From Planctomycetaceae bacterium (GTDB taxonomy: Bacteria; Planctomycetota; Planctomycetia; Pirellulales; UBA1268): a stretch of DNA of 41,073 nt. Below the pieces are notes generated by a model, which saw only the letters and a program-made list of their open reading frames with translations, was not told the origin of the DNA and ran no database searches. Position 1 is the stretch's first letter, and each line of letters starts with the position of its first letter. Of the stretch, positions 27,219 to 36,463 are shown piece by piece. The stretch lies in NCBI GenBank assembly GCA_046094845.1, contig JBJTIE010000016.1, positions 1-41,073 of the forward strand. Direction: 5' to 3'. Made by a program: the position numbers and the translations under genes.

Positions 27219-27593
27219 ATGGCCAAGGCCGCTGCCGATACCGCTCCTTCCACCGCCGCCAGCATGCAGGGCGCGGGCCATTCCTACGCCATCGTCGCAG
27301 ACGGTGGTCGGCAGTACCGCGTGATGGAGGGGCAGGAAATCGAGATCGACTTCCGTCATCTTCCCGCCGGCAGTGAGGTCGTGTTCGACGACGTGCTCGC
27401 CGTCAGCAAGGCCGGGGCGCTCACGCTCGGCAAACCGAAGGTGAAGGGAGCGAAGGTGACGGCCGAGGTGCTCTCCTCGGTGCAGGGCGAGAAGATCTAC
27501 GTGCAGAAGTTCAAGCGGCGGAAGAACTACCGCCGCCGCACCGGCCACCGGTCGCTTTCCACGAAGATCCGCATCAGCTCGATCGCCGGCTGA
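27219..27593 (+). CDS. rplU: 50S ribosomal protein L21 (with a short N-terminal extension)
   Basis: The core is YAIVADGGRQYRVMEGQEIEID...KFKRRKNYRRRTGHR. The start is ambiguous between 27219 and 27264. Confidence 0.85.
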   Translation: MAKAAADTAPSTAASMQGAGHSYAIVADGGRQYRVMEGQEIEIDFRHLPAGSEVVFDDVLAVSKAGALTLGKPKVKGAKVTAEVLSSVQGEKIYVQKFKRRKNYRRRTGHRSLSTKIRISSIAG

Positions 27594-27657
27594 TTTGCGT
27601 TTACCCGTTGGTCCGCCCGCGATCGCGCACGCTTCTCGCGTCTTCGCACGCTCCGCG

Positions 27658-27802
27658 CCGTAGTCCACATGCTCCGCATGTGGCCCACGGTCCGAACACC
27701 GCAGGCCCGAGCTATTTGCCTGCAGCTTCGCACACGGCTTGCTGAATAGTCGGCTGTTCGGCCTTCATGCCGTGGGCCGCACACGGAGTGTGCGGACTAC
27801 GG
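27658..27802. repeat. Repeat family B unit with internal inverted arms
   Basis: 27658-27715 matches the reverse complement of 2419-2476. The arm ccgtagtccacatgctccgcatgtggccc (27658-27686) is an imperfect inverted copy of gggccgcacacggagtgtgcggactacgg (27774-27802). Confidence 0.6.
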
Positions 27803-27824
27803 CGCTCCGCAACGGCCCTACGGC

Positions 27825-29717
27825 TCACAAGCCGAGGCCGGCGAGCGGGCCACCTGCGGCACACAGCGCATCGACCCGTGCTGACACGGCTGGGTCTTCC
27901 GCACACGGCGGCGCGTGATGCGGCTTGAGCCGGGCGTCGATGACCAGCGGCCCGTGGCAGCCCCAGTGCTTCTGCTGTGTGAACGCTTCGACGCCATGCA
28001 CGTCGGCGGCCGGATTCGAACGCGTGAACGTGAGCCAGAGGAAGTTTTCCAGGCTCGCCGCCGCGAAGCTGCTGTCGTCGACCACGACGATGAGCGGAAA
28101 CGCCCGCAGCGGATGCTCGGGACCGATCGCCGCGCAGAATCGCTCCACGTCGGCCGACCAGGCTGCACCCGCAGCCGGCGCCCATGTGGCCGCGTCGCCC
28201 GTTGATTCGAGCACTGGCCGCGGCTCAATCCGCGGCCCCTCGACGGCCACGACGCCGGGCAGACAGACCCGTGGATTGGCGAAGCCGGTTGGCAACGAGA
28301 TGCCGCTCCGGAGCTCCGTCGGCAGATTGCGGATCGCCGGCCCGCGGGCCGCGACCACGAGCTTCGAGCCGGCGTTGAAGCCGGAGCCCGAGTAGTCGAG
28401 GGTGTCGATCGTGGTCTGCGTGTGAAAGTGGCAGTCGCGCCGCCAGTCGGCCCGGGCGAGCAGGTGCCCCAGGAACGGACGGATGTCGTGGGCGTCGAGG
28501 CCGGGGGCGTCCTGCTCCGCGACGATGAACAGGTATTTCGCCAGCGACAGCTGCCCCTGACCGAGGATCGCCGAGGCCTGGGTCAGCAGCTCCGCCGGCC
28601 GCGTGGAGGGCTTCCACGGTAGGTAGCGTTCGCTGCCCACCGCGAGCAGCAGGGGATGCACGCCCGAGGCATCGACGGCATGCACGCTCTGCACGCCCGG
28701 CAGCACCGTGGGGATCACGGGCCCCGTGAGCTCGTGCACGAGCCAGCCAAAGAGCGTGTCTTCCTGCGGCGGCCGGCCGACCACCGTGACCGGCCAGATC
28801 GCCCCCTCGCGGTGCCAGACATGTTCGACCCGCATCACGGGAAAGTCGTGCCGCCGGGCGTAGTAGCCGAGGTGATCGCCGAACGGGCCCTCGGGCTTCG
28901 TGTCGCCGGGCATCACGGTGCCCTCGATCACGAAGTCGGCATCGGCGTAGATCGACGGCCGGTCGGGGCGGGCGATCATCGGGATGCGATGACCGGCGAG
29001 CACCCCGGCGAACGTGAGTTCCGAGAGCCCCTCGGGCAACGGCATCACGGCCGACACGGCCATGGCCGGCGAGCCACCGACGAAGATCGCCACCTTCAGC
29101 GCCGCGCCGCGGGCGAGGGCGGCCGCGTGATGCACGCCGATGCCACGATGGAGCTGGTAGTGGAGGCCCACCTCACGGTCGGCCTCGTAGGCGTTTCCCG
29201 CCAACTGCACCCGATACATGCCGAGGTTCGACCGCTTCGTGCCCGGCTCGTTCGGGTCTTCGGTATAGACCGCGGGGAGCGTGATGAACGGCCCGCCATC
29301 GCCGGGCCACGACACGACCTGCGGCAGCATCGAGAGCGGAATGCTGCGGGCCATCACCGGGCCCGACCGCATCCGTCTGGGCAGCATCGACAGGGCATCG
29401 AACGGGCTCCGCCAATACCGCCACGGCTTCTGCAGGGCCGCTGCGGGATCGATCTTCAGTTCGACGAGCCGCTTCACGCGGTCGAGCGTATCGGCGAAGA
29501 TTCTTTCAATCCGGCGCTGGGTGCCGTAGAGATTGATGAGCACCGGAAACGCCGAGCCCTGCGGCCGTGTGAAGAGCACGGCCGGACCGCCCGCGCGAAA
29601 CAGCCGCCGCTGGATCTCCGCGATCTCGAGCCGGGGATCGACCGGATGATCGACCACCACCGCCTGCCCTTCGGCACGCAGCGCCGCGACGCACGTCTGG
29701 AGTGAGCGAAATCCCAT
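27825..29717 (-). CDS. UbiD-family (prenyl-FMN-dependent) decarboxylase, long form
   Basis: The motifs PGDGGPFITLP, GMYR.Q, EGPFGDHLGYY and VVGRPPQED match the UbiD fold. The start is placed at ATG 29717, because the track N-terminus (to 29774) is a translation of the hairpin element. Confidence 0.85.
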   Translation of the reverse strand: MGFRSLQTCVAALRAEGQAVVVDHPVDPRLEIAEIQRRLFRAGGPAVLFTRPQGSAFPVLINLYGTQRRIERIFADTLDRVKRLVELKIDPAAALQKPWRYWRSPFDALSMLPRRMRSGPVMARSIPLSMLPQVVSWPGDGGPFITLPAVYTEDPNEPGTKRSNLGMYRVQLAGNAYEADREVGLHYQLHRGIGVHHAAALARGAALKVAIFVGGSPAMAVSAVMPLPEGLSELTFAGVLAGHRIPMIARPDRPSIYADADFVIEGTVMPGDTKPEGPFGDHLGYYARRHDFPVMRVEHVWHREGAIWPVTVVGRPPQEDTLFGWLVHELTGPVIPTVLPGVQSVHAVDASGVHPLLLAVGSERYLPWKPSTRPAELLTQASAILGQGQLSLAKYLFIVAEQDAPGLDAHDIRPFLGHLLARADWRRDCHFHTQTTIDTLDYSGSGFNAGSKLVVAARGPAIRNLPTELRSGISLPTGFANPRVCLPGVVAVEGPRIEPRPVLESTGDAATWAPAAGAAWSADVERFCAAIGPEHPLRAFPLIVVVDDSSFAAASLENFLWLTFTRSNPAADVHGVEAFTQQKHWGCHGPLVIDARLKPHHAPPCAEDPAVSARVDALCAAGGPLAGLGL

Positions 29718-29720
29718 GCG

Positions 29721-29814
29721 AAAAAGGTGCCAGCCACCAAATCTGGGTAAACTACGCTCCAGAGTTATAGGCAAGCCCCCCAGATTCTCCAGATTTGGTG
29801 GCTGGCACCTTTTT
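29721..29814. repeat. 26-bp perfect inverted repeat (AAAAAGGTGCCAGCCACCAAATCTGG ... CCAGATTTGGTGGCTGGCACCTTTTT) with a 42-nt spacer
   Basis: The arms are at 29721-29746 and 29789-29814. The segment is AT-richer than its surroundings. It has an A-run before the stem and a T-run after it. It lies between the divergent ubiD-like and osmC-like starts. Confidence 0.85.
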
Positions 29815-29830
29815 TTGAGGAGCGGCGGTG

Positions 29831-30241
29831 ATGGTGAAAGTGACGAGTCGGTATGAAGGCGGTCTGCGGTGCCGCGCGGTCCACGGGCCCTCGGGCACGA
29901 CGCTCGTGACCGATGCGCCGGTCGATAATCACGGGAAGGGGGAGAGCTTCTCGCCGACCGATCTCGTGGCGACCGCCCTCGGCGCCTGCATGATGACGAT
30001 CATGGGCATCGTGGCGGAGCGGCACGGCATCGACCTGACGGGTATGACGGCCGAGACGGAGAAGGTGATGACGGCGGCGCCACCCCGGCGGATCGCCTCG
30101 CTCCGCACCCGGATCACGGTGCCGCTGCCGGCCGATCATCCGCAGCGTCAGTCGCTCGAGCAGGCCGCCCACACCTGCCCGGTGCACAAGAGCCTCCATC
30201 CAGAGATCGACGCCGCGATCGAATTCGTCTGGCAGGGCTGA
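29831..30241 (+). CDS. OsmC/Ohr-family peroxiredoxin-like protein
   Basis: The motifs FSPTDLVATALGACMMT and AAHTCPVHKSL carry the two conserved Cys. GAGGAG lies 8 nt upstream of ATG 29831; the track start is GTG 29828. Confidence 0.85.
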   Translation: MVKVTSRYEGGLRCRAVHGPSGTTLVTDAPVDNHGKGESFSPTDLVATALGACMMTIMGIVAERHGIDLTGMTAETEKVMTAAPPRRIASLRTRITVPLPADHPQRQSLEQAAHTCPVHKSLHPEIDAAIEFVWQG

Positions 30242-30244
30242 CCG

Positions 30245-31936
30245 TCAGGGCAGCAGCCGTAGGCCGACGGCGGTGTTGAGTTCCAGCATCGCGCGGCGGT
30301 GCCGGATGACCGCATCGCGATGGCTCTGCGTCACCTCCGCCAGGTCTTCGACCGCGCCGTCGAGATCATCGATCGTGATCTCGCCGGCCTCGAACTGCTG
30401 CCGGCGACGGGACAGCACGGCCTCGGCCCGCGGGAGAATCGCCCGCTCGATGTGGCCGATCGCGTCGAGCGAACGGCGGAACTCGCGGTCCGCGAGCCGC
30501 ACCTCCGCCAACGCCCGGCGCTCGAGCGCCGAGAGTTCGAGCTTCGTTTGGCTGATATTGCTTTCGGCCCGGGCGATGTTGCCCTGGTTGCGGTTGAAGA
30601 TCGGCAAAGCGAACGTGAGGCCGACGGCCCACGAGGCGGCGCTCGGCTGACCGAACGGCGAGTTGTCTTGGAACGTGATCGGGTCATAGAAGAGATAGAC
30701 GTCGTCGAACCGGTTGGCCCGCTGCAAGGAGAGTTCGGCGCCGGCCCGGTTCACGCCCAGCCGGGCCGCATGCAGGTCGGGGCGGCACCGGAGGGCGATC
30801 GACTCGAGTTCGTCGCTGGCCGGCGGTGGCGGGGCGGCATCGCGCAGGCTGCCGGATGGCTCCAATCGCGCGGTCTGCTCGGGGGGCAGGTTGAGCAGCA
30901 GCCCGAGCCCCTCCCGGGCGTCATCGTAGATCTCGATCGCCTCGGCAAGCTCGTTTCGCGACCGCTCCAGGACGAAGGCGACGTGATCGAGCGCGTCGGC
31001 CGCATGATCGCCGGTTCGTTCGGGGGTGCGGCCGAGTTCCTCCAACCGCTCCTCCTGCCGTCGCACCGCGGCGGCGGCGGAGAGCCGGCCGATGCGGGCC
31101 GCCTGAAGCGACACGAACGCCCGGTAGACGTTGTCGATCTGACGCCGGGTGACGTCCTGGAACTGGGCCTCCAGGGTCGAACGGGCCATCCGGGCCACGA
31201 CCGTTCGCGACTGCCGCTTCTTCGAGAGATCCATCGGCAGCGTGACGTTGATGTCGTACTGCGTCGGGCCGCCGGGCCGCTCGTTCGAGAAGGAGCCGTA
31301 GGGAATGAACTGCGTATCCATGTAGATGAGCGGGTTGGTCCGCAGGCCTGCCGTCAGCACGTCGGCATCGGCCTGCGTCAGCTCATGACGCAGCGCGCGG
31401 ACGTCGAGGTTCGCGGCGATCATCCGCTCGATCGCCGCGTCGAGCGTGAGGCCGTCGGCGGGGCCGGGGTCGTCGATGATCGTCGAGGCGATCACCGTCG
31501 TCGTGGCCGCCGGCTCCGGGGCGACGGGCGCGGGCAGCGGCTCCGGCACCTGCATGCCCCGCACGGCGGCGGCGATGCTCGCCATGCCGCGGCCCTTTTT
31601 CGCCTTCGGAATCCGCCCCGTTCGCTGCCGGCCGCCGAGCACGCCCGAGCCCGCGGTCGAGGCCCCCATATCGGCTACCGCGTCGAGTGCGCCGGCCCCC
31701 GGACCGACGGCCGAGGCGCTACCCCCCGGGATCGGCCCGAGATCGGGAAACTCGAGGATCGCATTCGGCCGTGGGGCGGATCCATCCTGCTGGGCATGCA
31801 GCGGCGTGAGGGCGCAGCATGCGATGCCCAGCCCCAGCAGGCCGTGCCAGTTGCATCGCCTCCAGTGCCGCAGTCCGTCCACGCTGATCCCCACCGGGTG
31901 TGCGATCGCTCGGCCCGGCAGGCCGGGGCCGCGCAT
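30245..31936 (-). CDS. TolC-family outer membrane efflux protein
   Basis: It has two OEP-type repeats (LTLDAAIERMIAANLDVRALRHELTQADADVLTAGL... and LHAARLGVNRAGAELSLQRA...). The N-terminus is signal-like (LLGLGIACCALTPLHA). The start codon is uncertain. Confidence 0.7.
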   Translation of the reverse strand: MRGPGLPGRAIAHPVGISVDGLRHWRRCNWHGLLGLGIACCALTPLHAQQDGSAPRPNAILEFPDLGPIPGGSASAVGPGAGALDAVADMGASTAGSGVLGGRQRTGRIPKAKKGRGMASIAAAVRGMQVPEPLPAPVAPEPAATTTVIASTIIDDPGPADGLTLDAAIERMIAANLDVRALRHELTQADADVLTAGLRTNPLIYMDTQFIPYGSFSNERPGGPTQYDINVTLPMDLSKKRQSRTVVARMARSTLEAQFQDVTRRQIDNVYRAFVSLQAARIGRLSAAAAVRRQEERLEELGRTPERTGDHAADALDHVAFVLERSRNELAEAIEIYDDAREGLGLLLNLPPEQTARLEPSGSLRDAAPPPPASDELESIALRCRPDLHAARLGVNRAGAELSLQRANRFDDVYLFYDPITFQDNSPFGQPSAASWAVGLTFALPIFNRNQGNIARAESNISQTKLELSALERRALAEVRLADREFRRSLDAIGHIERAILPRAEAVLSRRRQQFEAGEITIDDLDGAVEDLAEVTQSHRDAVIRHRRAMLELNTAVGLRLLP

Positions 31937-32047
31937 CCGGTATCATCGACAGGAGCCGTGCGACCGCTTCAGGTTCGCCGGCCACCCCCGGCTCCCCGAT
32001 CTCTTCCCCTCTTGCGCCGTCCGCCCGGGCTGCCATCCGCCGACGTC

Positions 32048-33394
32048 ATGGCCGACCTGTTCTCAGTCTCGCGAGCCGCCAACGTCGCCCGAGCGGCTCC
32101 GCTCGCAGCCCGGATGCGGCCGCGGCGGCTGACCGACTACGTCGGGCAGGAGAAGGTCGTCGGCGAGGGGATGCTGCTGCGACGGCTCATCGAGGCTGAC
32201 CGGCTTGGGTCGGTGATCCTGTACGGGCCGCCGGGCGTCGGCAAGACGACGCTCGCCGAGATCATCGCCCACGAGACGAAGCGGCGGTTCGTCGAGCTCT
32301 CGGCGACGGCGTCGGGCGTGAAGGACGTGCGGGATGTGCTGGATGCGGCCCGACGACGGCTCGAGGACGACGGCCAGCGGACCTGCCTGTTCATCGACGA
32401 GATCCACCGCTTTAACAAGGCGCAGCAGGACGTGCTGCTGCCCGACGTCGAGAGCGGGGTGATTGCCCTCATCGGCGCGACGACACAAAACCCCTTCTTC
32501 GCGCTCACGAGCGCCCTGGTGAGCCGGAGCCGCATCTTCGAGCTGGAGAGCCTCGGCCCCGAGCACGTCGCCGCCATTCTCGATCGGGCGATCCACGATC
32601 GCGAGCATGGTCTTGGGCTCGAGCAGGTGACCCTCGATCCTGACGCGCGGGCGTTTCTCGTGGAGACCTCCGACGGCGACGCGCGGCGGGCGCTGGGTGG
32701 GCTCGAGGTCGGCGTGCTCTCGAGCCCCGAGCGGCCGCTCCGCTTCACGCTGGCGCTCGCCCGCGAGAGCGTGCAGCGCAAGGCGATCACCTACGACTCG
32801 GGCGACACCCACTACGACTGCGCCAGCGCCCTGATCAAGAGCATCCGGGGTAGCGACGCCGATGCGGGGCTCTACTGGCTGGCGCGGATGCTCGAGGGGG
32901 GCGAGGACGTGCGGTTCCTGGCCCGACGGCTCGTGATCCTCGCCAGCGAAGACGTCGGCAACGCCGATCCGCGGGCGCTCGTGATCGCGGTGGCCGCGAT
33001 GCAGGCGACCGAGTTCGTGGGCCTGCCCGAATGCCAGCTCACGCTCGCCCAGGCCGTTACCTATCTTGCGCTTGCGCCCAAAAGCAACGCCTGCACCACG
33101 GCCATCGGCGCCGCCCGCCGCGACGTCCGCGAGAAGGCGGTGATCCCCGTGCCGCGGCACCTGCAGGACAAGCACTACGCCGGGGCGAAGCGGCTCGGCC
33201 ACGGACAGGGCTATGAATATGCCCATGACGCGGCCGACGGAATCGCGGCGCAGGATTACCTCGGCGTGGAGAAACGCTATTACGAGCCGACCGACCGCGG
33301 GCTCGAGCGGGACCTGGGCGAGCGGCTCGCCGAGATCAGGCGGCGGCTCGCGGCGGGGCGACGGCCGCCGGAGGCGCGGCCCGCAGGGCCGTGA
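32048..33394 (+). CDS. rarA: Replication-associated recombination protein A (MgsA/RarA AAA+ ATPase)
   Basis: The motifs ILYGPPGVGKTTLA, LFIDEIHRFNKAQQD, IGATTQNP, ALIKSIRGSDADAGLYWLARM and HLQDKHYAGAKRLGHGQGYEYAHD are present. Confidence 0.9.
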   Translation: MADLFSVSRAANVARAAPLAARMRPRRLTDYVGQEKVVGEGMLLRRLIEADRLGSVILYGPPGVGKTTLAEIIAHETKRRFVELSATASGVKDVRDVLDAARRRLEDDGQRTCLFIDEIHRFNKAQQDVLLPDVESGVIALIGATTQNPFFALTSALVSRSRIFELESLGPEHVAAILDRAIHDREHGLGLEQVTLDPDARAFLVETSDGDARRALGGLEVGVLSSPERPLRFTLALARESVQRKAITYDSGDTHYDCASALIKSIRGSDADAGLYWLARMLEGGEDVRFLARRLVILASEDVGNADPRALVIAVAAMQATEFVGLPECQLTLAQAVTYLALAPKSNACTTAIGAARRDVREKAVIPVPRHLQDKHYAGAKRLGHGQGYEYAHDAADGIAAQDYLGVEKRYYEPTDRGLERDLGERLAEIRRRLAAGRRPPEARPAGP

Positions 33395-34121
33395 GCTCGG
33401 CCACGATGTCGGTCTGCAGCGCCTGCTCGAGCCACTGGAGCGCCCGGGCCACGGCGGCCCCGTCGAGCACGCGGTGATCGGCGATGATCGTCGCGGCGCA
33501 GCGGCCGTCGGATTCGAGCGGTGCATACGAGAGGCTCGTCGTGCAGAGCGTGGGATGAAACCGGTTGGAGGCGCCGAGTCCGGCGAGCGTCGACAGGCTG
33601 AACGTCCCGATCCGGTTGGCCCGCTTGGACGAGCGGGAGTTCATGTTCCACCGCAGGATCGTGCGGCGGAGCGGACCGGGAACCATTTCCAACTCCAATT
33701 GCCGCTTGAACATCCTGTCGAGCGGCTCGGTCGTGCAGGCGTGGATGAATCGCTGGATGTCGACCAGGCTCTCGGCTTCCGGCTTTCGCAGCCGGGCGAA
33801 GAGCAGGCGATCGCCGGCGGCGTCGGCGCGATTGACCGCCAGTGTCGCCACGGTGTGTGGCACCGTCACGAGCCGGGGAGCGAGGCCGCCGGAAAACCAG
33901 GTGCGAAGCACCGGCATCTCGCGGGCGACCAGCCCGTAGGCCTTGAGGAAGATCGCGGCCCAGCCGATCCGCACGGGGCACGACTCCCGCGCCTCGGCCA
34001 CGGCGGCGAGATGAAGCTGGCGATCCACCGGGAACAGCGGCACGCGCAGGGCGAGCGTCGCGACGTCGCTCACGCAGCCGCGGGCGCCCGTGAACGGGGT
34101 CGTGCTGACGGAACGGGGCAT
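33336..34121 (-). CDS. Stand-alone 2-oxoacid dehydrogenase E2-type acyltransferase catalytic-domain protein
   Basis: A C-terminal DHRVLDG motif matches the E2/CAT-fold active site DHRxxDG. No lipoyl or subunit-binding domain is present. The 3' end overlaps the rarA 3' end by 59 nt (convergent). Confidence 0.55.
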   Translation of the reverse strand: MPRSVSTTPFTGARGCVSDVATLALRVPLFPVDRQLHLAAVAEARESCPVRIGWAAIFLKAYGLVAREMPVLRTWFSGGLAPRLVTVPHTVATLAVNRADAAGDRLLFARLRKPEAESLVDIQRFIHACTTEPLDRMFKRQLELEMVPGPLRRTILRWNMNSRSSKRANRIGTFSLSTLAGLGASNRFHPTLCTTSLSYAPLESDGRCAATIIADHRVLDGAAVARALQWLEQALQTDIVAELTALRAAPPAAVAPPRAAA

Positions 34122-34325
34122 GGTCGGCCTCCACAGGGGGCGGGATTGAAGCGATTTCGGCCGAGTCGGGGAATGTCAAAATGGGGGGCGTCGCCACAGG
34201 GCTGGATCCCCTCGCTCGCGCTCAGGGCTTGTATGGGCAGATAAAAGCCCCCAGGCGCCAGCCGGGGGATCGGGGCGGGGGATCGGGACGCGACACCTGG
34301 CGGCCCGGAAACGATACTCCTCCTC

Positions 34326-34778
34326 ATGAAAGTCGTCGTGCAGCGGGTGAGCGAGGCGGGCGTGACGGTGGGCGGCGACGTCGTCGGCCAGATCGGCCGT
34401 GGTCTCCTCGTGCTCGTCGGGGTGGAGCAGGGCGACGCGGCCGCCGACGCCGACTGGCTCGCCGCCAAGATCGCGGCCTTGCGAATCTTCGCCGACGCCG
34501 AAGGGAAGATGAACCTCGCCGTCCACGAGGTCGGCGGCGAAACGCTCGTCATCAGCCAGTTCACGCTCCTGGCCGAAGCCGCGTGGGGCAACCGCCCGAG
34601 TTTCGTGCGGGCAGCCCGGCCCGAAGAGGCGGTGCCGCTCTACGAGCGGTTTCTGGCGGTTCTCGAGCCGCTCGTGGGCAAGCCCGTGGCCCGGGGGGTG
34701 TTTGCGGCAGACATGCGGGTGAGCCTGGTCAACGACGGCCCCGTGACGATCGTGATCGATTCCCGGCGGCGGGAGTGA
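34326..34778 (+). CDS. dtd: D-aminoacyl-tRNA deacylase
   Basis: The motifs [24 protein letters not shown] and NDGPVT match Dtd. Confidence 0.9.
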   Translation: MKVVVQRVSEAGVTVGGDVVGQIGRGLLVLVGVEQGDAAADADWLAAKIAALRIFADAEGKMNLAVHEVGGETLVISQFTLLAEAAWGNRPSFVRAARPEEAVPLYERFLAVLEPLVGKPVARGVFAADMRVSLVNDGPVTIVIDSRRRE

Positions 34779-34831
34779 GCGGGGGCCTGAAACCGCCCCC
34801 ATGTTTTGGTACCATGATCGGGCTTCAATGC

Positions 34832-34907
34832 GGTGGCTATAGCTCAGCTGGTTAGAGCATCGGTTTGTGGTACCGAGGGTCGCGGGTTCGAGTCCCGTTA
34901 GCCACCC
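34832..34907 (+). tRNA. tRNA-His (anticodon GTG)
   Basis: The sequence is GGTGGCTATAGCTCAGCTGGTTAGAGCATCGGTTTGTGGTACCGAGGGTCGCGGGTTCGAGTCCCGTTAGCCACCC. It has the extra 5' G(-1) typical of tRNA-His and an anticodon loop TTGTGGT. Confidence 0.9.
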
Positions 34908-35050
34908 TGTCTTTCTCTTCCGCGCGGCCAGGCGCCCTGGCGGCTTGTAGCTCGCGTTCGTGCGGACTACGCTTCATCGGTATCGGTCAGGCCGGCGATT
35001 GAAACGCGTCAGTGGCCGGCCGATGCCTGCCCGCCTCGGAGCCTCCCGCC

Positions 35051-36463
35051 ATGCCCCGATCCCGCCGTCCCGAGTCTTGCTCCGCGCCGTATCGCTCGCG
35101 GCGGGATTTTCTCTCGGTCGCCTCCGCCGTTGCCGGCGGCTACTGGATCGCACCCGGCCTACGGGCCGACGAGGCGAAGCCTGCCACGAGCGCGAACGAG
35201 GAGATTCGGTTTGCTTGCATCGGCATCGGCGGCAAGGGGGCGAGCGATTCGGCCGACGCGGCCCGGAGCGGCAAGGTGGTGGCCGTCGCCGATGTGGATG
35301 CCAACCAACTGAAGCGGGCCCAGAAGACGCTCGAAGGGGCCAAACAATACGCCGACTTCCGGAAGATGCTCGACGAGATGGGCAAGGAATTCGACGCCGT
35401 CACTGTCAGCACGCCCGACCACACCCACATCACCGCCGCCGCCATGGCCATGCAGATGGGCAAGCACTGCTTCTGCCAAAAGCCGCTCACGCGGGCGATC
35501 TCCGACGCCAGACTCCTCGGCGAGTTGGCACGGTCGCAGAAGGTGGCCACGCAGATGGGCAATCAGGGCACGGCCGGCGACTCGCTTCGCCGAGTCGCCG
35601 CCCTCATCAAGTCTGGGGCCATCGGCGCGGTGAGCGAGGTGCACATCTGGACCAACCGGCCCGTGTGGCCGCAGGGGGGCGGCCGCCCTGAGGAAAAGCC
35701 GGTGCCACCGAACCTCGACTGGGACTGCTGGCTCGGGCCGGCTCCCGTTCGTCCGTATGCGGCAGGGTATCACCCGTTCGCCTGGCGCGGATTCTGGGAT
35801 TTCGGATCCGGCGCCCTCGGCGACATGGCCTGTCATACGTTCAACATGCCGTTCATGGCGCTCGCGCTTCGCGATCCAGCCAGCGTGCAGGCGGTCACCA
35901 GCGGCCACAACAAAGAAACCTTTCCCAAGTGGTCGATCATCGACTTCGCGTTCCCCGCGCTCGGTGACCGGCCCGCCGTCAAGGTGAAGTGGTATGACGG
36001 CGGCAAACTGCCGGATGCAGCGCTTTTCACAGGATTCCGCGGCGAGGTCGAAAAGGACGCCGATGGCAAGGAGGAGGAGCAGCCGTTCAAGACCGCCGCG
36101 AGCGGCGTGCTCGTCATCGGCGCCACGGACGTGCTCTACGCTCCCGGCGACTACTGCGAGCAGGGCCTGCAACTCAAGAGCGGCGGCACGCCGGCGGACG
36201 TCGCGTTCACGAAGTCGCCCGGTCACTTCGTGGAATTCGTCGATGCGATCAAGGGCGGTCCGGCGGCAGTGAGCAACTTCCCCGACTACGCCGCCCCGCT
36301 GACCGAGACGATCCTGCTCGGCAACCTCGCCGTCTGGGTGGCCGAGACGGCCGACGTGGCCGGCAAGAAGATCGAGTGGGATCCGGTCAAGCTCGTGGCC
36401 ACCAACGCGCCCGAGGTGGAATCGATCATTCGGCCGACGCCGCGCGACGGCTGGAAGGCATGA
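35051..36463 (+). CDS. Gfo/Idh/MocA-family oxidoreductase with a twin-arginine (TAT) signal
   Basis: The TAT-like motif is SRRDFLSVASAVAGG. The Rossmann motif is IRFACIGIGGKGASD. VSTPDHTH and KHCFCQKPL are also present. Confidence 0.8.
   Translation: MPRSRRPESCSAPYRSRRDFLSVASAVAGGYWIAPGLRADEAKPATSANEEIRFACIGIGGKGASDSADAARSGKVVAVADVDANQLKRAQKTLEGAKQYADFRKMLDEMGKEFDAVTVSTPDHTHITAAAMAMQMGKHCFCQKPLTRAISDARLLGELARSQKVATQMGNQGTAGDSLRRVAALIKSGAIGAVSEVHIWTNRPVWPQGGGRPEEKPVPPNLDWDCWLGPAPVRPYAAGYHPFAWRGFWDFGSGALGDMACHTFNMPFMALALRDPASVQAVTSGHNKETFPKWSIIDFAFPALGDRPAVKVKWYDGGKLPDAALFTGFRGEVEKDADGKEEEQPFKTAASGVLVIGATDVLYAPGDYCEQGLQLKSGGTPADVAFTKSPGHFVEFVDAIKGGPAAVSNFPDYAAPLTETILLGNLAVWVAETADVAGKKIEWDPVKLVATNAPEVESIIRPTPRDGWKA

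Noticed and set aside
27594-27824. The expected rpmA (L27) gene directly downstream of rplU.
   Set aside because: No ORF in any frame resembles L27 (MAHKKGGGS...). The spacer is occupied by repeat family B sequence, so rpmA must lie elsewhere.
29718-29774. A 19-residue N-terminal extension of the UbiD-family ORF (MPITLERSLPRFGGWHLFR).
   Set aside because: It starts at a TTG inside the spacer of the 26-bp inverted repeat and reads through its left arm. UbiD homology starts after ATG 29717.
30299-32047. The N-terminal ~580 residues of the 1031-aa plus-strand ORF that ends as RarA.
   Set aside because: This part is antisense to the TolC-like gene and shows no motif content. RarA homology starts only at ATG 32048 (MADLFS...LYGPPGVGKTT).
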